NCBI GenBank assembly: GCA_021442505.1
Contig: JABUTC010000001.1
Coordinates: 1 to 26,409 of the forward strand
DNA: 26,409 nt
From: Mogibacterium sp.
Lineage (GTDB): Bacteria > Bacillota > Clostridia > Peptostreptococcales > Anaerovoracaceae
Reading direction: 5' to 3'
A program made the position numbers and the translations under genes. This document shows, one piece after another, positions 7,754-15,400 of the stretch (the stretch's first letter is position 1; every line of letters begins with the position of its first letter). The notes under the pieces were generated by a model. That model saw only the letters and a list, made by a program, of their open reading frames with translations. It was not told the origin of the DNA and searched no databases.

Positions 7754-10057
7754 TTAATCTCCTTGCGGTACATTTGTGAACTCAAAAGTAGCATTCGAAG
7801 CTCCCCATGGATATCCAGAAACTTCATCTTTATCCTTAAACGGAAGACGAATAAGCATTTGCTGGGTACATCCTTCAAACATTCCAGTGAAAGCATCACC
7901 TACTCTAGTTTTAATCTTCCAAGAACCCATATCAATACATTCTAACGCTTTACAATTTCTAAAAGCATAACGCATGTTACGAATGTTTTTGGTTGTTGAA
8001 TACCCATATGGATCGGAAGAAGACCTTTCCCATCTAGATAAATCCATACCATAAGTTGCAAGATCACCAGAATTCTTAACATTGTTTTTATTATACATCG
8101 ACCTAAGCTGAGGAGCACCGTTGTCAAACATATGCTCCATATTAGTCAAGTTTGATACACACCAATTTGTGCATGGAAAGTATACAGGACCAGTAGAATA
8201 ATTAGGATTAACTGCTCCACCACTCTGATACCAAACATGTATATCTCGGCAAAACATATAAGCCATTGTAGTAACTGAAGATGTACTAGACGGATGACTA
8301 GCATCATCATGCCAATAGTACATAGATTTGCAAACCCTGTCAAAGTATGATCTATTAGGCTTACGAGGAACCCAACTAGCATATACATTATGCCATACAT
8401 GCGATAAATCGGTGCATTCCGACATATCTATTATATTACGAAACTTCTCTACAATTGTAGAATTATTTTGGTCAAAACGTTGATCATCTATAGACCAATC
8501 AAGGCCAGTAAAGTTTCCTGTTCCATGAGTATACCAATCAGGACTGGTAGCAATTTCGTCAGAGACTTGCTTAGCTTTGTCTGTAATGTTATAATCGTAT
8601 CCAAACCAATACTTTAAAGACTTTGGCTTCCATCTTTTTGTAGAAGTAAAATTCAGAAATCGAATCACATCTAAAGTATTTCCACCCATATCACGGTTCT
8701 CAACTTTATAGAAAGCAGCACCGTCCATATCAGAATAATTAGTATTATTAATGTTTGTGAAAGATTGGATATTCTCCTTCTTATTCTTCTCTAATGTGTA
8801 TTGCCTTTCAGGAAAGATTTGAATGTCATTCCACCAGATAGCATAATTACCAGAATAAATAGGGCCACGATAACCATCTTTGTCTTTAACCGTATAGGCC
8901 GTAGGCTCGTAATCATTGCGTTGCCACTCGATCACCGCTGTAGAGTCTATTTTGATTGTTTTCTCTTGTAGCTTAGAGATAGTAAACTCAGTCTGAGATC
9001 CAGCGGCCAAGGTAATCTTCATCGTAACAATTACGCCGTCTACAGAGATCCCAGCAGAATCATAAGCTAAACTAATGGCTTGCTCTGGCTCTAACGGATA
9101 GTAAGCTGACGTAAAATTCGTAGTATCTGCATAAGTATAGCTTTCATTAAGCTTTTCGATACAAAGTTGACGAAGTTCAGCTAACCTTCCATTGATATCA
9201 GAAGCCCCTAGTCCAGAAGCAGTCTCACTAGCCGTAATCTCTTGGCCTACAACATTAATACTAAACTCGCTATTCGAATCATAGTTAGAAGCCGTAGCAA
9301 CCAAACGCTCATCTTCAGTTTCATAAGTCATAACATAACGATTTGGAATGTCTTTTGTTAAAGTAGTAGAAACATTTGGCTGAAATATAGACTTATCGCC
9401 TGATTCAAAAGTATGAACTATCTGTCTCTCTTTTACTTTAACAAATTTAGATAAAAGAACATTACCATAAGCATCTGGAGTCGCATCATTAAACTCACAT
9501 AGTGTAAGCAAACCATTAACTACCTCTAAGTAACTAGTCCCTGGAGGATATATAATGTCTGAAACTATATGGGTTTCTTGAGCTAAGCCATTTGTTATAC
9601 ATGGAACGTTACAGTCTTCAACCAATTCTTTTACTTTAGCAACTAAATCAACGCCTGCTTTAACGGTTAATGTGGAAGTCAACTGTCTTTGCATAAGAAT
9701 AGATAAAACCGATTGACAATCCAACGTGCCAGAAACATTTGGTCCATTGTAACTTGGATCGGACTTTGTGTATTTAAGAGTAGCCAATAAAATAGATTGG
9801 TATTCACTATTTACATCAGTTACATCGTAATAAATTCTAACATACTTACGATCTTCAATGTCATCGACTCCTTCGAAATTTAAAGAAGCTGTTACTTTAA
9901 CATCATTAGAGGCGGATAGCTCTAGAGAACCTCCTGTGATTTTAGGAAGTGTTCCTTTTTCAACAAAAGTGAAAGATTTATCGGAACCGGATCCTGAAAC
10001 ACTCAAATCAGTCAAAACATATCTAAAGTTTTCGACTCTCATCGATGACCAATCCAT
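7754..10057 (-). CDS. Tal/baseplate-hub-like minor tail protein (767 aa) with a C-terminal DUF285-like LRR extension
   Basis: True start likely ATG 10057 (MDWSS) with AGGAG 7 nt upstream (the track start 10081 is an unsupported GTG). Position two genes after TMP; DATPDAYGNVLLS, PNRYVM hub-like motifs; C-terminal WCVSNLTNMEHMF, NIRNMRYAFRNCKALECIDMGSW, GYPWGASNATF. Confidence 0.75.
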   Translation of the reverse strand: MDWSSMRVENFRYVLTDLSVSGSGSDKSFTFVEKGTLPKITGGSLELSASNDVKVTASLNFEGVDDIEDRKYVRIYYDVTDVNSEYQSILLATLKYTKSDPSYNGPNVSGTLDCQSVLSILMQRQLTSTLTVKAGVDLVAKVKELVEDCNVPCITNGLAQETHIVSDIIYPPGTSYLEVVNGLLTLCEFNDATPDAYGNVLLSKFVKVKERQIVHTFESGDKSIFQPNVSTTLTKDIPNRYVMTYETEDERLVATASNYDSNSEFSINVVGQEITASETASGLGASDINGRLAELRQLCIEKLNESYTYADTTNFTSAYYPLEPEQAISLAYDSAGISVDGVIVTMKITLAAGSQTEFTISKLQEKTIKIDSTAVIEWQRNDYEPTAYTVKDKDGYRGPIYSGNYAIWWNDIQIFPERQYTLEKNKKENIQSFTNINNTNYSDMDGAAFYKVENRDMGGNTLDVIRFLNFTSTKRWKPKSLKYWFGYDYNITDKAKQVSDEIATSPDWYTHGTGNFTGLDWSIDDQRFDQNNSTIVEKFRNIIDMSECTDLSHVWHNVYASWVPRKPNRSYFDRVCKSMYYWHDDASHPSSTSSVTTMAYMFCRDIHVWYQSGGAVNPNYSTGPVYFPCTNWCVSNLTNMEHMFDNGAPQLRSMYNKNNVKNSGDLATYGMDLSRWERSSSDPYGYSTTKNIRNMRYAFRNCKALECIDMGSWKIKTRVGDAFTGMFEGCTQQMLIRLPFKDKDEVSGYPWGASNATFEFTNVPQGD

Positions 10058-10058
10058 G

Positions 10059-12434
10059 TTATCTCTCCTCTCCGTCGACACGTGTTATCTTAAGTGATAT
10101 AGTTCCACGCCATTTAGCATCGTCACCTTCATCATTATGCTTTATGCTTGGAACCACATTAGCATTGAAACAGTATCCTCTAGAAGACTTGTAGAAACAA
10201 TTTCCTTGGTACTCTTTCCATAGCCTAAGCCATTTTCGCTCATCATCATAAGTAAATACCAAACCATCTAAGCTGACCGACATACCTAATTGAGGCATTG
10301 TGTATTGCACTGGCCATTCACGGTCTGCATAATATACTGTAGTCGCATTTGGATTTGATAAATCAACCGATTCAGTAGTATTATATGTTAAATGAGCAAC
10401 ATTATCTTCGGTTCTTTCATTACCAAATAAGAAATAAGAACCTTTTGATTTACGAATGTATTTTAATTCCGTTACAGATACGCCGCCATCGTTATAATAT
10501 GATTTGGCAATATATTTATATTCTATATTTAATGGACAGTAATAATCTGTAATAACAGAACCAAATTTAAGGTCCGAACCTATTTGAATTGGATTTCCCC
10601 ATTTCGTAGCTGGTTTATCTAAAACATTTTGTGTATATTCCGTTTCAGATCCATATCCTATTGGATTAACTCTAAATAAATCAATCCTATCAGGTTTAAG
10701 TCCTTCGTACTCTTTAAAGACAAGTTCACGAATGTACTCACCTTGCTGATCTGGATCAGGAACTTTTCGTAATATAGCTTTTGGATTAGATACGAAATCC
10801 AATCTAACATACGTTTCACCTGAAGAAGTATTTACATCCTCATATGGATATGTATATGTGTCATTGTAATAAGGCTTAATGACCACTGGCTCGGGTGCCG
10901 TATATTCCACATAAAAGTCTCGTAATATTGTAGAGGATGAAAGACCTGAAGTAGACTCAACAATGAAAGCAATTGTATAATAATGCTTATTTGGAAAGAA
11001 AACTTCGTTTCTATCAAACGTATAGCTGACTAATTGCTCGTGCTCAGAACTTCCTTGAGTAACGACTGGATCTACATAATCATCAAATATAGATTCGTTA
11101 ATTATCTTTGGTTTGTTCTGATCGGTATAATCTTTATCATCAATGATAGTAATATGAAGCTTATTAAATTCGCCACATAGATCTGTGACTGAAAGTTCCG
11201 TAACTAAAGGAAGAGTTGTTAAAGTCATATGATATGGCTTTGTAATTGTAAGAGTTGGAGCTTGAAGCAACTGGAATGAGAAATATCCAGAATCACCCCA
11301 TTCATCTTTTATACCTTTAGTTTGAAGCTCGTAGGTATAAACCTCATCTATATCAAGATTTGTAATATCTAAATCATATAGATTAGCATTGCTTTCTTCA
11401 ACTATAGACCATTCTTCCTCTTGAATTTGTTTAATTCTAAAAGCTCTTTGCTCAGATCCATCAAGGTCGTTATGTGTCCATTCAATTCTTAAAGATTCTT
11501 TAAGTTTATCGATTGCAGGACATCCTATTGGACTAGAGATATTAGGAGCATATGGTTTCCAAGGCTCATATACTTCTCCAGACCAGTCTGTCCAATCAGA
11601 ACAAATATAAACAATTGATCCTGTACGATTATCAACCAAAATATTACGAGCAGCATAATACTTATACTGAACCCCGCTTTCAACAGAATCATTCGTTATA
11701 ATTACCTCTGTTGGCTCATATAATGGCGTTGACGATGTAGGAGGATCAGAAGGAGGTTTGTACTGATTATCATTCGACTTATAAAGCTGTATCTTCCAAG
11801 ATATTAAAGTTGGATCTGGAATTGTGTACAGTTTATTACTTAATGATATCTTAGCACATACAGATCCAAGATCTTCGTTATAAGCAATAGATGAAATAAT
11901 ACTTTGAGGTGGAAGAGGATCAGTGTATAGATTCGTACTTTCATTCGATGTTGCAGATCCGTATTCATTATTTGCTACGATTCGATATCTATACACATGA
12001 CCGTCTACAACAGAGCGGTCAGTAAACGTAGTAACTTCATTACTTAAACCAACTGACAAAGTATTCCATATATAATTGTCTGTCATCCTTTGTACTGTTT
12101 GGGATGTAATGATTCCCGTTTGCTGACCTTGATACTCCCATGTAATGGAAACAGCATTGTTGTCTAAAGAAGCATGCGTAATTGCTGGAGCGCTAGGCTC
12201 AGTCATTGTGTACAGTGCATAGAAAACAGTATCTAAATCCCTTTGATAAATGTCTCCAGGTTTATACTTTACGTCTGTTCCGCTGTATTCATCAGTCCAA
12301 CCCTGAAACACATAGTACTTTTTGTAAGGAGCCGTAGAGGTGATTACATAAGGCTGACCTTCATGTTTGACTTCAGAAGGTGGAATAGGCGATCCACCTC
12401 TGGTGTCATACATCATAGTGTATTGATTAGCCAT
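10059..12434 (-). CDS. Distal-tail (Dit)-like minor tail protein (791 aa) with N-terminal InlB B-repeat and fibronectin type III-like domains
   Basis: SD AAAGGAGG 6 nt before ATG; first gene after TMP; YVFQGWT..YKPGDIY B-repeat; Fn3 signature PSAP..VSITW..TTFTD..DGHVYRYRIVANNEYGS. Confidence 0.75.
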   Translation of the reverse strand: MANQYTMMYDTRGGSPIPPSEVKHEGQPYVITSTAPYKKYYVFQGWTDEYSGTDVKYKPGDIYQRDLDTVFYALYTMTEPSAPAITHASLDNNAVSITWEYQGQQTGIITSQTVQRMTDNYIWNTLSVGLSNEVTTFTDRSVVDGHVYRYRIVANNEYGSATSNESTNLYTDPLPPQSIISSIAYNEDLGSVCAKISLSNKLYTIPDPTLISWKIQLYKSNDNQYKPPSDPPTSSTPLYEPTEVIITNDSVESGVQYKYYAARNILVDNRTGSIVYICSDWTDWSGEVYEPWKPYAPNISSPIGCPAIDKLKESLRIEWTHNDLDGSEQRAFRIKQIQEEEWSIVEESNANLYDLDITNLDIDEVYTYELQTKGIKDEWGDSGYFSFQLLQAPTLTITKPYHMTLTTLPLVTELSVTDLCGEFNKLHITIIDDKDYTDQNKPKIINESIFDDYVDPVVTQGSSEHEQLVSYTFDRNEVFFPNKHYYTIAFIVESTSGLSSSTILRDFYVEYTAPEPVVIKPYYNDTYTYPYEDVNTSSGETYVRLDFVSNPKAILRKVPDPDQQGEYIRELVFKEYEGLKPDRIDLFRVNPIGYGSETEYTQNVLDKPATKWGNPIQIGSDLKFGSVITDYYCPLNIEYKYIAKSYYNDGGVSVTELKYIRKSKGSYFLFGNERTEDNVAHLTYNTTESVDLSNPNATTVYYADREWPVQYTMPQLGMSVSLDGLVFTYDDERKWLRLWKEYQGNCFYKSSRGYCFNANVVPSIKHNDEGDDAKWRGTISLKITRVDGEER

Positions 12435-12449
12435 ACGGCTCCTCCTTTA

Positions 12450-15400
12450 TTATACTCTTGCGTAGTTTCTAGAGGCTTGCTCAACCATATTAGTGACATA
12501 CGCTCCAATATCAGCTGGATTGCTAGAACTGTAGACAATTCCATCACCCATATTAAGATTAATCGTTTGACCCGTAGGCTCATTATTAAGCTTAGAGATC
12601 AAAGAATTCAATTGACTGAATAACATAAATCCATTTCCAGAGTTAACCGCTGCATTAATGCCATCAACCGCTACACCAGCCTGAATCTGTTGTGTATCTA
12701 ACATACTCTCCATGGTTTTAACTCCATTTTGAATTTCTGTTAAATCTAGAACAGGAGTGACTACTGGGTCTGAAGATTCGACTATGTCGATCGCAGCATT
12801 GAGGTCTAACGCGGTCTTATCAACTGGTTCAACCAATGAATTCATATCTAGAGATTGATTCTCAATCGCTTTGAATGCTCCGTCAACAGTATTAGCCATA
12901 GCTTGCGCCACGGGCTTAGCCTCTTTGTTGAATGTATCGATGATTCCCTGATCAATCCAATGAGCAAAACGCATAGCTCTCTTAGAAGGAGAACGCGATT
13001 CAGCTTCCTCATTAGCTCTACCAAAGATACCGTCGACCAATGACTTAACCGCTCTACCTACAGCATCAATACCGTTTCGAATTCCATTCGCAATACCATT
13101 GATTATATTACCGACAAATTCTTTAACACCGCCTGCAATATCTTCTGCGGAGTGAGATAAGAAATAGACAGCTGTCTTAATCAATTCCTTGATTAATTCT
13201 TTCATTGCATTATAGGCACGTTCTCTATTGTTTCTTATGCCCTCAGCTAAACCTTCGATAAATGATAGAATCAAGTTAATACCAGCTTCAATAACATCAC
13301 CAAGCTTTTCAGCGATCGTATTTAGTAAAGCAACGATCATATCGATAACGTAGCCTACTAAAACTGGTATATTCATTAGGATATGCTCTCCAACAAATCT
13401 AACTAGTTCATCAACAACAGGACCTAGCCCTTGAATTATAGAAACAAGAACAGAACTAATAGCTTGACCAATAGCAGGAGCTGACTCAGCGATGGCCATA
13501 CAAATAGCCGTAATTATCGCCGCTAAAGCTTCCATAATTGGCCCTATCGTTTCTACGATAGTTTGGCAAACCATTGTAATGATTCCAACTATAAGATCTT
13601 TTATAGCGCCCATAGTTCCGAGAATGGCTTGGGATACGCCGAGAATTAAACCCGTCAACAATCCACTTATGATTAATGCTATACCAGCTACAGAGGATCC
13701 TATAATAGTTCCTAAAGCCAACAAAGCAGAGGGAATTGTTTCGGTTAATGACCATAGTGTATCTGCAATTACTTGCATTGTTTCAGCAAACTCAGGACCT
13801 AAATTCCTAAGAAGCCCTAAGAAAGATGATATAGCAACGTAAATTGTATCAACAAATCTAATAATTACTTGTTGAATAACATCGAATATGATATTTACGA
13901 TACCAACTAATAAAGGCTGAGCAGCAGCTAAGAATACTTCAACTAGACCAACAGCAGCGCCTTTAAGTAGTTCAACAATCATTGGTATATTATTTATAAC
14001 TGATTGAATCAAAATTTGTATCAAAGCGGTGAACAAATCGATCCATCCTTGAATACTATTTTGCACAGTCTGTGCAAATTTAGCAATGATTTCAGGAACT
14101 CTGTCAATTAAAACTAGCAAATTATCGCATATTCGATTGATGTCGGAACCAGTAAATGCAGCAAACATTGAGAATGCGGTTGCTGCTACAAATAATGCAG
14201 TAGATACTCCAAGTGCTGATATCGAGAACAGCAATAATGTTTTTGCTAGTTCATTCATGGTGCGTATCAAATTAGTTTTCTTAAGAATCTCAGCAGCTCC
14301 AGCCAATATCCATATAGCAGCTACTAATGCTGTAACTCCAGCAATAACGCCACCGATTCCTGTTAAACTAAATAACAAGAAAGCAACACTTAAAGCAGCA
14401 ATGGCTAATGCAATAACACCAATAGCTGCAGCAGCTTTTAAAAGTTCACTATCTTTAGGCAATACATTAACAACTACAGTAAACAGCAATAATGACGCAG
14501 CAACCGCTATTAGACCCTTAACTATACTTCCTAAGCTTAAAAGACTCATAAGCATTAATGCAACTGATAAAGCTATCATAGCTCCAGATAAAATAGCAAT
14601 TGACGCTGCTGCTTTTACAACATCAGAAGTTGGTAATTTTGAAACCGCTTTGGTTAATATGGTTATAGATACAGCAGCAGCTACAATGGCTTGAACTAAT
14701 GCAAAGAACTCTATACCCGCTAATATTTTTAATGCTACTGCTAAAGGAAGCATTGAAGCTCCTAAAGCAGCTAAAGCCAATGCTGTTTTATAAACCTCTC
14801 CAGCATGAATAAACTTAATTGCTAATGCAAACACACCCATTGTCACACCTATTGCAATTAAAGAACTAACCATTCTATCAACCGGTACGGAAGATAATAT
14901 CTTAATCGCTAAAGCCATAGTCATTAAAGCCGCTGAAAATGCAAATATTACACCGATTAAACCAACTAATTGTTTTACAGATACTGCAGTTTTTTCAGTG
15001 GCATCGACAACCTGGAATATATCTTTTCCCTTATTACTAAAAGTATGCCAATTCTTTTTAAAACCTGTAAGATTTTTAGTAATAAGATCAAGCGCAAAAG
15101 CAAACGCAACAAGAACAACTGATACTGCTGTAACGCCTTTAACTAATTCGCCAAATGGCATACCACCTAATAATTTTACAGCAGACGCTAAAGTCATTAA
15201 AGCTCCCGCAAATGATGAGATAGCCATCAACTCCCATCCACCTATTTTTACGTTAAACTCTTTTAACGTTTTCGTTAGCAACTGCATTAAAATAGCTAAA
15301 GCTGCCATTCCTTGAAGCAATTCATTCCATTTCAGTTGCCCTAAATAAGCTACTGTCTTAGCTAATATGCTAAGAGCCGTAGCAAACGTAAGAATCATAA

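Noticed and set aside
1-10057. Diversity-generating retroelement or shufflon acting on the fibre genes
   Set aside because: No reverse transcriptase or invertase, no non-coding template region, and I saw no near-identical repeat of about 100 nt differing at adenines or inverted crossover sites. A partner outside the window cannot be excluded; a self-BLASTn of the full genome would decide.
1308-10097. Short plus-strand and alternate-frame ORFs of 60-110 aa within the adhesin genes
   Set aside because: Fully nested in long, well-supported genes, with no recognisable motifs.
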